A stretch of 64,000 nt of DNA from Pseudomonadota bacterium (GTDB lineage: Bacteria > Pseudomonadota > Alphaproteobacteria > UBA8366). The number at the start of each line of letters is the position of its first letter. Within the stretch, counting starts at the first letter, position 1. Made by a program: the position numbers and the translations under genes. Shown here in pieces: positions 9,004 through 17,620 of this stretch. Where the stretch lies: the NCBI GenBank assembly GCA_036339585.1, contig JAYZAS010000004.1, positions 51,947-115,946 on the forward strand, in the 5' to 3' direction. The notes under the pieces were generated by a model. The model was given only the letters and a program-made list of their open reading frames with translations. It searched no databases and was not told the DNA's origin.

Positions 9004-9567
9004 CTAACCTTCTTCCAGCTCACTATCCCAGTAAAGAAAGTCACCCCAACTATCGTGTAAAAAATTTGGCGGGAAAGCCCGCCCGTTCTCTTGTAACTGC
9101 CACATATTAGGTTCAAACGGTTTACGGTATGGACGCATAGCGGATTCCTGGATTGTCCTTCCTCCCTTCCGAAGATTGCAAGGACTACAAGCCGCAACGA
9201 TATTTTCCCACTTTGACTTTCCACCCCGCGATTTTGGAATGACGTGGTCAAAGGTTAATTCCTGAGCGGAAAACTCCTTTTCACAATATTGACAAGTAAA
9301 ACGATCTCGCAAAAAGACATTGAAGCGTGTAAAGGCCACTTTGCGCATTTGAGGCACATACTCTTTTAAAGAAATAACACTCGGCAAGCATACCTTAAAT
9401 GATGGAGAACATACGGTCGTTTCATATTCAGAAACTACATTTACTCGATCTGTAACCACCGCCTTAACCGATTCTTGCCATGACCACAGAGATAAAGGAA
9501 AGTAACTCAGTGGACGATAATCTGCATTCAAGACAAGCGCTGGACAGGACTGAGGTGACGCCGGCAT
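9004..9567 (-). CDS. stand-alone HNH endonuclease
   Basis: 187 aa. FTCQYCEKEFSAQELTFDHVIPKSRGGKSKWENIVAACSPCNLRKG gives C-x2-C ... D-H ... N ... C-x2-C-N, the beta-beta-alpha-Me finger. Confidence 0.85.
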   Translation of the reverse strand: MPASPQSCPALVLNADYRPLSYFPLSLWSWQESVKAVVTDRVNVVSEYETTVCSPSFKVCLPSVISLKEYVPQMRKVAFTRFNVFLRDRFTCQYCEKEFSAQELTFDHVIPKSRGGKSKWENIVAACSPCNLRKGGRTIQESAMRPYRKPFEPNMWQLQENGRAFPPNFLHDSWGDFLYWDSELEEG

Positions 9568-9635
9568 TTCTACTTTCCCCTATTGACCATTCTCACCGAA
9601 TGCCTAAGCTATTTACCAACTACAGTAAAATAGAT

Positions 9636-9665
9636 CTATCTGCAAGGACACACGAGTGCAGATAG
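9636..9665 (-). terminator. hairpin downstream of the esterase gene
   Basis: 9-bp perfect stem CTATCTGCA (9636-9644) / TGCAGATAG (9657-9665) with a 12-nt loop. On the minus strand it is followed by ATCTATTTTAC. It sits about 40 nt after the stop at 9707. Confidence 0.4.
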
Positions 9666-9706
9666 TCTGTAATTGGTACGCTTATGACCGGTAGACAGCA
9701 GTCTAA

Positions 9707-10375
9707 TTAAGAGTCAAAGCAACTGTTCAAAAAGGTGACCGCATGGTTGATACCATCTGGATCAATCCCATGCCCTAAGCCTGGCCGAGATACGGCCGTG
9801 ACATCAATGCCAGAACTAGAGAGTCCTTCTTTGGCTTGAAAAATGGACTCAACTGGAACCACTTCATCAGCGTCACCGTGCACCAACAAGGTGGGTGGGC
9901 GAGACTTGATCTCCTTTTTCAATAAGTCGGGGGCAATTAACCGCCCGGAAAAACCAACTACACCTGCCAATGCTTGTTCTCTGCGAGGAGCCACATATAA
10001 ACTCATCATGGTGCCCTGGCTAAACCCCAAGAGCGCGGTTTGTTTTGCAGTTACTCCACACCTGACCATTTCTTCGTCTATAAATGCATTAAGAATAGGA
10101 GCAGTCACCTTCACTTCTGATAAAATAGCCTCAGGTGATCGGTCTTTGAGGCTAAACCATTGATATCCGTTTATTGCCATATCGCAGTCGTAGGGAGCAT
10201 TTGGTGAAACAAAAGAAGCATCCGGAAAGGCTTGCGAAAGCGGAGGAGCTAACCCTATAAGATCTTGACCGTCAGCGCCAACACCATGGAGTAAAATAAT
10301 CAACTGCCGGGCTTTTTTGCCTGACAAAGGGCCAACCCGTGGCCCATCCATTTTTACGGTCTCACTCAATTCCAT
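9707..10375 (-). CDS. alpha/beta hydrolase, phospholipase/carboxylesterase family
   Basis: 222 aa. Nucleophile elbow GFSQGT, a LVHGDADEVVP acid region and a GLGHGID histidine region. Confidence 0.85.
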   Translation of the reverse strand: MELSETVKMDGPRVGPLSGKKARQLIILLHGVGADGQDLIGLAPPLSQAFPDASFVSPNAPYDCDMAINGYQWFSLKDRSPEAILSEVKVTAPILNAFIDEEMVRCGVTAKQTALLGFSQGTMMSLYVAPRREQALAGVVGFSGRLIAPDLLKKEIKSRPPTLLVHGDADEVVPVESIFQAKEGLSSSGIDVTAVSRPGLGHGIDPDGINHAVTFLNSCFDS

Positions 10376-10384
10376 ATCAACTCC

Positions 10385-11011
10385 TTAATCTTTCTGGCTG
10401 TAATAGTACCAAAGTAATAAGGCCGCAACACCCCTCCAAGGCCTCCAATGTTCGACAAGAAACTCAGACTGTTCCCTATTCGGGCGTACATTGAGCGATT
10501 TCAACTCACGCAGTGACTCAGAGATAGCGAGGTCTTCGGCTGGCCAAATGTCTGGCCTTTTGAGTGAAAACAACAAATACATTTCCGCACTCCAGCGACC
10601 AAGACCTCGTACTGAAGTTAAAATCTTCACCACATCCGCATCACTTTTTTCAGCCAAACAATCTAAGTCAAGTTGTCCGTTGCAAATCTGCTCGGCGAGA
10701 CCTTTGACATACTCAATCTTGCGGCCGCTCAAGCCAGTAGCACGCAAGACCTCGTTATCTACGGCGAGCATTTTATCCGGCGCCATCGGGTTGACAACGG
10801 TATCTAAACGATTTCGTATGGCGGTGGCTGCTGCACTTGCGACTTGTTGGCCAGCAATGATGTTTACAAGCGCGGCAAAACCAGGCGGCCTCTCTTGGGG
10901 AGGAGGATAACCAATTTGTCTGATAACATAATCCACATCAGAATCGCGTGCAGCAAGCTCGTCCAAACCATGTTTGATTATGTCAGGGGTCATCGTTAAT
11001 GATTTAAACAA
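10385..11011 (-). CDS. DNA-3-methyladenine glycosylase II-like (HhH-GPD) base-excision enzyme
   Basis: 208 aa. Helix-hairpin-helix LTSVRGLGRWSAEMYLLF followed by PAEDLAI (catalytic Asp region). Confidence 0.82.
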   Translation of the reverse strand: MFKSLTMTPDIIKHGLDELAARDSDVDYVIRQIGYPPPQERPPGFAALVNIIAGQQVASAAATAIRNRLDTVVNPMAPDKMLAVDNEVLRATGLSGRKIEYVKGLAEQICNGQLDLDCLAEKSDADVVKILTSVRGLGRWSAEMYLLFSLKRPDIWPAEDLAISESLRELKSLNVRPNREQSEFLVEHWRPWRGVAALLLWYYYSQKD

Positions 11012-11034
11012 TCAAGAGGAATATCTCCAGACCC

Positions 11035-11904
11035 ATGATTAAAAGAACTGATTTCTTATCACCCGCCACAACACGCTTTGCCCCGAGTCCAACCGGTTAC
11101 CTGCACCTTGGCCATGCATACAGCGCTATATTTGCAGAAAATATTGCACGAAAGACAAAAGGAAGTTTTGTTCTGCGAATCGAAGATATTGACCAGGGTC
11201 GATGTAGACCCAAATTTGTAAGAGCAATATGTGAAGATCTCGAATGGCTTGGGCTTTCATGGAGCGGCCCCCTCTTAAAACAATCAGCACGGTTCAAGAT
11301 TTATCGAGAAGTCTTAGAAAAACTCATAGAAGCGGACTTAGTATATCCGTGTTTCTGTTCGCGACGTGAAATACAAATCGAGTTAGAACGTGCTGTAAAT
11401 GCGCCCCACGGGCCTGATGGTCCTCATTATCCGGGCACTTGCCGAAACCTTGAGAGAACCCAGCGAGAAAAAAATATTTCAGCCGGAAAACCATATTCTC
11501 TGCGTCTGAACGCTCAACGGGCCGGGTCACGAGCCGGCCCTTTAGAAATTATTGATCTGGCTCGGGGGATAATACCCGTCAACCCTAATATCAGTGGAGA
11601 CGTTATTCTTGGCCGCAAAGAAGTTCCTACAAGCTACCATCTTGCTGTAACTGTCGATGATGCCGAGCAGGGAGTTACAATTGTTACACGTGGGGAAGAT
11701 CTGTTACCTGCGTCCCATATACAACGCCTTCTCCAGGAGCTAATAGGCCTGCCCGAAACAATTTATAAACATCACCGAATTATCAAAGGGGAAGACGGGA
11801 AAAGGCTTGCAAAGCGTAGCAAAAGTCAAACTTTAAGGTCACTGCGAGATCAAGGCATTACTCCAGAAGGCGTAAGAAAGAAAATTGGTTTCATATCACC
11901 TTAG
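11035..11904 (+). CDS. gluQ: tRNA glutamyl-Q(34) synthetase
   Basis: 289 aa truncated GluRS paralog. TRFAPSPTGYLHLGHAYSA (HIGH motif) and KRLAKRSKS (KMSKS-like). No anticodon-binding domain. Confidence 0.9.
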   Translation: MIKRTDFLSPATTRFAPSPTGYLHLGHAYSAIFAENIARKTKGSFVLRIEDIDQGRCRPKFVRAICEDLEWLGLSWSGPLLKQSARFKIYREVLEKLIEADLVYPCFCSRREIQIELERAVNAPHGPDGPHYPGTCRNLERTQREKNISAGKPYSLRLNAQRAGSRAGPLEIIDLARGIIPVNPNISGDVILGRKEVPTSYHLAVTVDDAEQGVTIVTRGEDLLPASHIQRLLQELIGLPETIYKHHRIIKGEDGKRLAKRSKSQTLRSLRDQGITPEGVRKKIGFISP

Positions 11905-12264
11905 GGTAGTCCGCTTCCGACGGCCGAGAGAGACAAGGCCACCGCCCAACAATGCCAGAAATATGACAATTATCGAAATAGCCTCCCATGTCGGTCGCAG
12001 TAACAGAGAAACCACTAAAACGTTCCAAAGCTCTGGGTTAATGTATCGTTGAACAAAGGACTGAAAAATCGAAAGCGAAGCTCTATCAAGTTCGAACCAT
12101 ATTTTTCCCGCGGGTAAAGTTATATCCGCACCAACTCCCCATAAACCTATGCCTAAAAGTGCAAAGAATAAGCCAACAAGGATACAAAACTGTCCTATTA
12201 ACCTTACCAAACGATCCCCATTTACAGCTTCTATATGAACAACCTTACGGTTTTTACTTAACAC
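11896..12264 (-). CDS. hypothetical small membrane protein
   Basis: Two or three TM helices (LIGQFCILVGLFFALLGIGLW, WNVLVVSLLL, ISIIVIFLALLGGGLV). The longest ORF (to 12375) would run 30 nt into tRNA-Ser, so I place the start at the in-frame GTG at 12264. Confidence 0.4.
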   Translation of the reverse strand: MLSKNRKVVHIEAVNGDRLVRLIGQFCILVGLFFALLGIGLWGVGADITLPAGKIWFELDRASLSIFQSFVQRYINPELWNVLVVSLLLRPTWEAISIIVIFLALLGGGLVSLGRRKRTTLR

Positions 12265-12345
12265 AAATAACCATATCCTACGAGTTCTTTCACACCTAAG
12301 CTTGCCTGAAACGAAAGGCTCGTTTAGGTTCTCGTTTCCTTTAAC

Positions 12346-12433
12346 GGAGGGATGGCCGAGTGGCTTAAGGCGCACGACTGGAAATCGTGTTCACGGAAAC
12401 GTGTCGGGGGTTCGAATCCCCCTCCCTCCGCCA
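12346..12433 (+). tRNA. tRNA-Ser (anticodon GGA)
   Basis: Acceptor GGAGGGA/TCCCTCC, anticodon stem CACGA/TCGTG with loop CTGGAAA, a long variable arm, T-arm GGGGG-TTCGAAT-CCCCC, discriminator G and an encoded CCA. Confidence 0.93.
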
Positions 12434-12637
12434 TTACTTTTGGCCATCGCCGGTTTTTGTAATCTGTGTAAAACAACACATTACCCCTCATCCCAACCAT
12501 AAAAAAATCTTAAATCAGAGAGGATAACATGGGGCCTTTTCTCGCTATCGAGGGTTGAGGCGCCGGCATTCTTGAGTTTTAACATGATCGAAGTTCAGAA
12601 ATTTACCCAAAATGATTTGTTTAAGTTTTTCCCGTGT

Positions 12638-13507
12638 TTATTTTGAAGCTCGTGCCTCAATCTCCAAGATTCTCCGCATTTCTCTGAGTACTGGCTTCTC
12701 AATCAATTTGCCATCTATAACAACTAGCCCTGTATTTGCTTTATCAAACGCATCGACCACCCGTTGCGCATAGTCGACTTGCTTTTTGTCCGGTGTAAAT
12801 ACTTCGTTCAAAATTGAAATTTGTTTAGGATGAATACATCCCTTACCACTAAATCCGAGATCGCGTGCCAAGATAGCCTCTCGCTTCATCCCATCGAGGT
12901 CATTTAGATCAAGATATGGGACGTCAATTACGTCAATGCCAGCACTGGCTGCCGCATGGACTACGCGTGAGCGCGCGTACAGTAGGGGCTCCCATGCATT
13001 TATACAACGCAGTTCTGCCGCCATATCTACGCCTCCAAAAAATAAGGCATCAATACGAGAACTCGCCAGGGCAATATCATGAGCGGCTTCAAGCCCGGCA
13101 TTTGTTTCAATGATGACATGCAAGCGAGTATTGTGGCCACGTTCGGTCAAAAGATTATCTAACCATAAAATTTCATCCGGCGTTTGAACTTTTGGCAACA
13201 TGAGAGCTGGCGGTGGCGTATCGGTTGCAAGCACTGCTGATATATCAGCATGCCCATGTGCTTCACGAACGCAGTTTATGCGCACAATACTCTCGACACC
13301 ATGCGCGGCATGTGGTTCTGCAAATAATGCAATGGCGCGTTCGCGTGCTAGACTTTTATCTTTGGGAGCGATTCCATCTTCGAGTTCAATACAGACGATG
13401 TCAGCGCCCAGTGTTTTCGCCTTAAAATACATATCCGGGTGTAAGCCAGGAGCGAAAATAAAACTACGCCTCGGCCTAAGAGTTTTTTTATCTTGGGTAA
13501 TATCCAA
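12638..13507 (-). CDS. HpcH/HpaI aldolase / citrate-lyase beta (CitE)-like acyl-CoA lyase or thioesterase
   Basis: 289 aa. RRSFIFAPGLHPDMYFKAKTLGADIVCIELEDGIAP and later GKGCIHPKQI match the CitE / malyl-CoA-lyase-like family. Confidence 0.85.
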   Translation of the reverse strand: MDITQDKKTLRPRRSFIFAPGLHPDMYFKAKTLGADIVCIELEDGIAPKDKSLARERAIALFAEPHAAHGVESIVRINCVREAHGHADISAVLATDTPPPALMLPKVQTPDEILWLDNLLTERGHNTRLHVIIETNAGLEAAHDIALASSRIDALFFGGVDMAAELRCINAWEPLLYARSRVVHAAASAGIDVIDVPYLDLNDLDGMKREAILARDLGFSGKGCIHPKQISILNEVFTPDKKQVDYAQRVVDAFDKANTGLVVIDGKLIEKPVLREMRRILEIEARASK

Positions 13508-13629
13508 TGTTTTAGGTGCGTGTATTTCTCAATGACAAGATGAAGCAAAGACAAATTTATATAATTATGCAAACATAGCAATTGTTATCTACTGCAGTCG
13601 TCACGCGGATATGTACCCAAAATTCATAA

Positions 13630-13965
13630 AAAATTCGCAAGAAAGATTTTGTGACTTGTTTGCTTGACCCTTTGGCTAGGACACTTGTAACAGCAATTAA
13701 ATAAAATCATATTCACTTCTGTTTCAAAACTCCCATCCCTTGCGGATTTAATCTTGGGCCTAATAAGTTTGTAACTCACGACATCGCAGAAGCCGTTTAC
13801 CTAAATGGTCATGTTCTGTTGATAGTCGGAAAACCGGGTCAGATTGTAGAAGAATATAATATTTCAATCCCACGCAAGCTGCCAAGAGAACACTATGACT
13901 TTCTTGATATTGTTAAAGACACAAGAAAAGGATTGCAGACATCCTTTGATGCTACGGTGATACCG
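13630..13965 (+). pseudogene. 5'-truncated, stop-interrupted relic of an ABC-transporter ATPase (nitrate/sulfonate/taurine type)
   Basis: A single frame reads ...FVTCLLDPLARTLVTAIK*NHI...FVTHDIAEAVYLNGHVLLIVGKPGQIVEEYNISIPRKLPRE. This is a degenerate Walker B (LLDP for LLDEP), an in-frame TAA at 13702-13704, the H-loop FVTHDI.EA and the usual C-terminal PG.I......(I/L)PR. Walker A, the Q-loop and the LSGGQ signature are absent. Confidence 0.6.
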
Positions 13966-14065
13966 ATCCTCTACCGACTGGTACGGCTATATCGCTGCAG
14001 AGACCAAAATAAATTCCAGAAAAGCAGAGGTGAGTTAAATATGACTCATTTAAAGTTAATCTTGC

Positions 14066-15286
14066 CTAACCAGGGACAATTATTTCAACGCGGAGGGGCA
14101 ACTTCTCTTGATCGTACATCAAACGGATTTTCTCGACCTGCTCCTGTGTAAGGATAGTACCCTCTGCGAGTACAAGTGATCCCTCTGTATTGAGAAGATC
14201 AGTCGCAAGCTGCTTCCCTTCTCGCAGCGTAGCAGTTCTGACAATTTCTGTCTCGGGGCCAGTGTCCTCCTCCTCTTGAGGCTCTGGAACCTCTTCAACC
14301 TTGGCTTGTATCTCTTTTTCTTCGGAAGAGGTTTCCCCTCCATCAAATAAGTGCTTTCGCGCTAATTCTAATAATTCTAAATCAAATTTACCGTCTTGCT
14401 GTGATAATTGATCAAAGTGTTCGTTTGTAAGATCATCATCACCAATCAGATCTAGAAGAGCATTTAATAGATGTAGTAATCTGGCAATAACTGGAATATT
14501 TTCCCCAAAGGTCCTGTCATCTGGAAAACCTGTGCCATCAAAGTTCTTATCTTGATATAAGATGGTCTTACTTATTGTCTCCATTCGCGGAATATTGCGA
14601 AGCAAGTTGCTACCTATTTCAGGTGCTTTAGCTAAAATTGCTAAATCTTTTTCTGACAGCGATTCGCCCTTAGATTGACGCACCAACACCTCTGCCGGCA
14701 CAAACATGCGCCCCAGAGGTGCAAGCATTATAGAAAAATCGAGTTCACTCTTATTTGCCTCAGGTATGTGCGGTAATAGTAAATTTGCCCAAACGCTCAA
14801 CTTTCGTGAACTTTCTGCCGCAGATTGGTCTTTCAGTGAAACAACATCAGCCAATAATTTAACTGAACCTGCTAACGCCTGCTCAAGAAGATTTTTTTCC
14901 TTAATTAATAGTCGATGGTGTTCGAGACCCTCTTGAATGCCGCTGGCCAACACCTCCATTGTGCACGGCTTATTGATGAACTTAAAGACGTGTCCTTGAT
15001 TAATTGAATCAACCGCACATTCTTGAGAGGCAAAACCGGTAAGTATAATACGCGAGGTTGTCGGCGATTTTTTGCTAAATTCTTTTAGCACCTGAACGCC
15101 AGTCATCCCTGGCATACGCATATCACACACTATGACAGCGATATTTCTTTCCCTCTTCAACATCCCCACGGCCGCGTCACCGCCACTGGCAGTTACGATG
15201 TCAAATTTTCCACGGAGTTGGCGGCTTAATCCGGCTAATAATTTTTCCTCATCATCAACCAGCAAAACCTTTTCCATTGACGTCAC
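14066..15286 (-). CDS. orphan response regulator: REC + degenerate (metal-ligand-less) HD-GYP domain + acidic linker + C-terminal ~55-aa module
   Basis: REC: KVLLVDDEE...VIVCDMRMPGMTG...K. The output aligns to HD-GYP landmarks with the ligands replaced: SSRKLS for HS.RV, MLAPLGR for LHDIGK, YQDKNFDGTGFP for HHE..DGSGYP. IPVIARLLHLLNALLDL for IP..ARI..VAD.FDAL is retained. Confidence 0.85.
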   Translation of the reverse strand: MTSMEKVLLVDDEEKLLAGLSRQLRGKFDIVTASGGDAAVGMLKRERNIAVIVCDMRMPGMTGVQVLKEFSKKSPTTSRIILTGFASQECAVDSINQGHVFKFINKPCTMEVLASGIQEGLEHHRLLIKEKNLLEQALAGSVKLLADVVSLKDQSAAESSRKLSVWANLLLPHIPEANKSELDFSIMLAPLGRMFVPAEVLVRQSKGESLSEKDLAILAKAPEIGSNLLRNIPRMETISKTILYQDKNFDGTGFPDDRTFGENIPVIARLLHLLNALLDLIGDDDLTNEHFDQLSQQDGKFDLELLELARKHLFDGGETSSEEKEIQAKVEEVPEPQEEEDTGPETEIVRTATLREGKQLATDLLNTEGSLVLAEGTILTQEQVEKIRLMYDQEKLPLRVEIIVPG

Positions 15287-15574
15287 GATACAATTTCCAT
15301 GTTACAACCTGATAGTATAATAAGAGCTATGGCCCCCTTCAAAAATGATGATCTGCTCATCTCTTGTTATAATGGCACCAAGTGATTAGTAATATTAATA
15401 TTTAGCTCCCGGAGCTTAAAATCTTTCAGTACTTTTAAACATACCGAATTTTAACACTCAAGGTTTTAAGAATCAGGCTCCTCGACATTACGCTGCAATG
15501 TTTTTGCATGCGCATGGATACCACTATCATATATCTAAATTCTCTTTCAAAATAGAACTCTATTAATGGCTTCC

Positions 15575-17017
15575 TCACACACTTTTGAGCGATTTATAAG
15601 AATCTAAAGCGCGGTTTCTTGCTTCTGAATGATCCACAATTGGGTTTGGGTAGCTACTACCCAACGAAATACCTGCATCAGACAGCTCAATAGGTTTGGC
15701 AAGCCATGGAGTGTGTATCAACTTGTTTGGAAGGCCCGATATCTCCGGCAACCATTGCCGCACGTAACTGCCGTCGGCGTCAAACCTCTTCGCCTGCGTA
15801 GTAGGATTAAAGATTCGAAAGTAAGGTGCTGCGTCAGCACCACAACCGGCTACCCATTGCCAGCTTGCTGAGTTGCTAGCGAGATCCGCATCAACAAGTG
15901 TATCCCAGAACCATCTTGCACCACATCGCCAATCAATCAATAAATCTTTGACCAGAAAAGACGCAACAATCATCCGGACGCGATTGTGCATCCATCCAGT
16001 ACTCCAGAGCTCCCGCATACCAGCGTCTACTATTGGGTATCCCGTCTTCCCGCATTCCCATGCTGTTCTAGAAGACAAACTGTCAGCCCAGGGAAACCTC
16101 TCAAACTCTTTTCGGAGTGGTGTGGAGGGCAGCTCTGGAAAATAATAAAGCAAATGATATGAAAATTCCCGCCAACCAATTTCTGAGAGGAAAGTTTCAA
16201 CACCTTTTGACATAACACCATCAGTGTCTATAAGCGTATTGGAAGTGATGGCGTGCCAAACCTGGCGTGGCCCTAGCTCGCCAAAATGTAAGTGCGGCGA
16301 TAGTCGTGAAGTTCCTGCTATTGAGGGTAAGTTGCGCATGTCCCCATAATCACTAGTATTCCCCTCCGTAAACTCATTCAAACGAGTCAGAGCACCTTTC
16401 TCTCCCGGATTCCAACGGTCCCGAAATCTGTGAGCCCAGTCAACCTTCTTTGGCAACAACTGCAATGTATTCAGATCGCAGCTTTTTATTGCCCAATCCA
16501 ACGCAGGGATAGAAGCTGGTGCACAGGAAGGGCGTGAAGGCTCGCCAAGTGCTCGTGATGCCCTCCAAAAAGGTGTGAAAACCTTATATGGGTCACCCTT
16601 TTGTGTAGCGACCTCCCAAGGTTCGTGCAATAAACTCGAGTTGAAACTGCGCACATCTATGCCTTCTTTGATAAGCGATTGCTTGAGCTTTTTATCTCTT
16701 TTTATACTCCGAGGTTCGTAACACCGGTTCCAAAAGATGGAAGTTGCGCCTGTTTCTTTAAGAATCTCACCCACTACAGAGGTTGTATCCCCTGACCTTA
16801 TGATGAGTTTATTACCGCGTTCTTTTATCTCGTCAGAAAGCCGTTTAAGAGAATGATGAAGCCACCAACGCGAGGCACCGCCTAGCGACCATTCATGCTT
16901 TCCTGAATGATCGAAAATGAAAAGTGGTACGATTGGACCGCCCCGAGAAATGGCGGCGTCGAGAGCTGAATTGTCGCTTAGTCTCAAATCCTGACGAAAC
17001 CATAGTACTGTGGCCAT
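15575..17017 (-). CDS. phr: deoxyribodipyrimidine photolyase (cryptochrome/photolyase family)
   Basis: 480 aa. VLWFRQDLRLSDNSAL N-terminal domain, then TGYPIVDAGMRELWSTGWMHNRVRMIVASFLVKDL and DADLASNSASWQWVAGCGADAAPYFRIFNP FAD-binding motifs. Confidence 0.93.
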   Translation of the reverse strand: MATVLWFRQDLRLSDNSALDAAISRGGPIVPLFIFDHSGKHEWSLGGASRWWLHHSLKRLSDEIKERGNKLIIRSGDTTSVVGEILKETGATSIFWNRCYEPRSIKRDKKLKQSLIKEGIDVRSFNSSLLHEPWEVATQKGDPYKVFTPFWRASRALGEPSRPSCAPASIPALDWAIKSCDLNTLQLLPKKVDWAHRFRDRWNPGEKGALTRLNEFTEGNTSDYGDMRNLPSIAGTSRLSPHLHFGELGPRQVWHAITSNTLIDTDGVMSKGVETFLSEIGWREFSYHLLYYFPELPSTPLRKEFERFPWADSLSSRTAWECGKTGYPIVDAGMRELWSTGWMHNRVRMIVASFLVKDLLIDWRCGARWFWDTLVDADLASNSASWQWVAGCGADAAPYFRIFNPTTQAKRFDADGSYVRQWLPEISGLPNKLIHTPWLAKPIELSDAGISLGSSYPNPIVDHSEARNRALDSYKSLKSV

Positions 17018-17091
17018 TGTTAGAGCAAACCTTTTCTAGTTCCAAAAACCTTTATTTCGACAGAGGTACCTGCCGGAATTAATTATGTGTT

Positions 17092-17523
17092 TTAACGAGA
17101 GGTGCTTGTGGAATTAACACCTTTACGGAGACCCCTTATGAAATAAGCCATAAATGGCCGAACATATTTCAAAAAAACCTTGTATCCCACTTCAAGAATT
17201 TCCCGGATAACAGGCTGCGAAGCAACAGAACCCGCCCACCGCCAACGCGGCAACTGCTTCCAAACTTCCGAGAAGGCTAGTACACCAGATAACAGTCTTT
17301 TATCCCGGGTAAGAACATGGAACCGAGACAAGGCGGTTTTTTTGTCCAAATCGGGCGGCATATCAGCAGATGGATCCGTGATATCAATGAAATGCATACA
17401 CTGACTTTTATCCATTTTTTTATATAACGTTATCTCAGCATCACACATCGGACATCCACCATCATAAAAGAGAGTGACTGCAGGGTTTTTGTTAACTTCA
17501 GTTTGTATCATTTTTTTCTCCAA
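17092..17523 (-). CDS. DCC-family (DUF393) thiol-disulfide oxidoreductase
   Basis: 143 aa with FYDGGCPMCDAEI, the C-x-x-C signature of the DCC1-like family. Confidence 0.8.
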   Translation of the reverse strand: MEKKMIQTEVNKNPAVTLFYDGGCPMCDAEITLYKKMDKSQCMHFIDITDPSADMPPDLDKKTALSRFHVLTRDKRLLSGVLAFSEVWKQLPRWRWAGSVASQPVIREILEVGYKVFLKYVRPFMAYFIRGLRKGVNSTSTSR

Positions 17524-17620
17524 CCGGTAGTCACACGCATTATTAATTTATACGTCATTACTTGCAGCGTAGATCAAGGCGTGCATTGAGGGCCTGGCCC
17601 GAGGTACTAATCGAAGGTAA

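Noticed and set aside
5172-13600. tRNA-Leu and tRNA-Ser as genomic-island integration sites for the neighbouring catabolic genes
   Set aside because: No integrase, excisionase or transposase is present. I found no direct repeat of either tRNA 3' end nearby. The genes between the tRNAs are housekeeping.
13819-14151. 110-aa ORF as an intact gene
   Set aside because: It is the tail of the decayed ABC-ATPase frame. It has lost its native stop and runs into the convergent response-regulator gene, so it is called a pseudogene instead.
15507-15516. Perfect 10-bp palindrome CATGCGCATG and the AGCTCC-C-GGAGCT dyad (about 15407-15419) between the photolyase and response-regulator genes
   Set aside because: Palindromes of this length are expected dozens of times by chance in 64 kb. 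Neither is followed by a U-tract in the orientation needed for a terminator.
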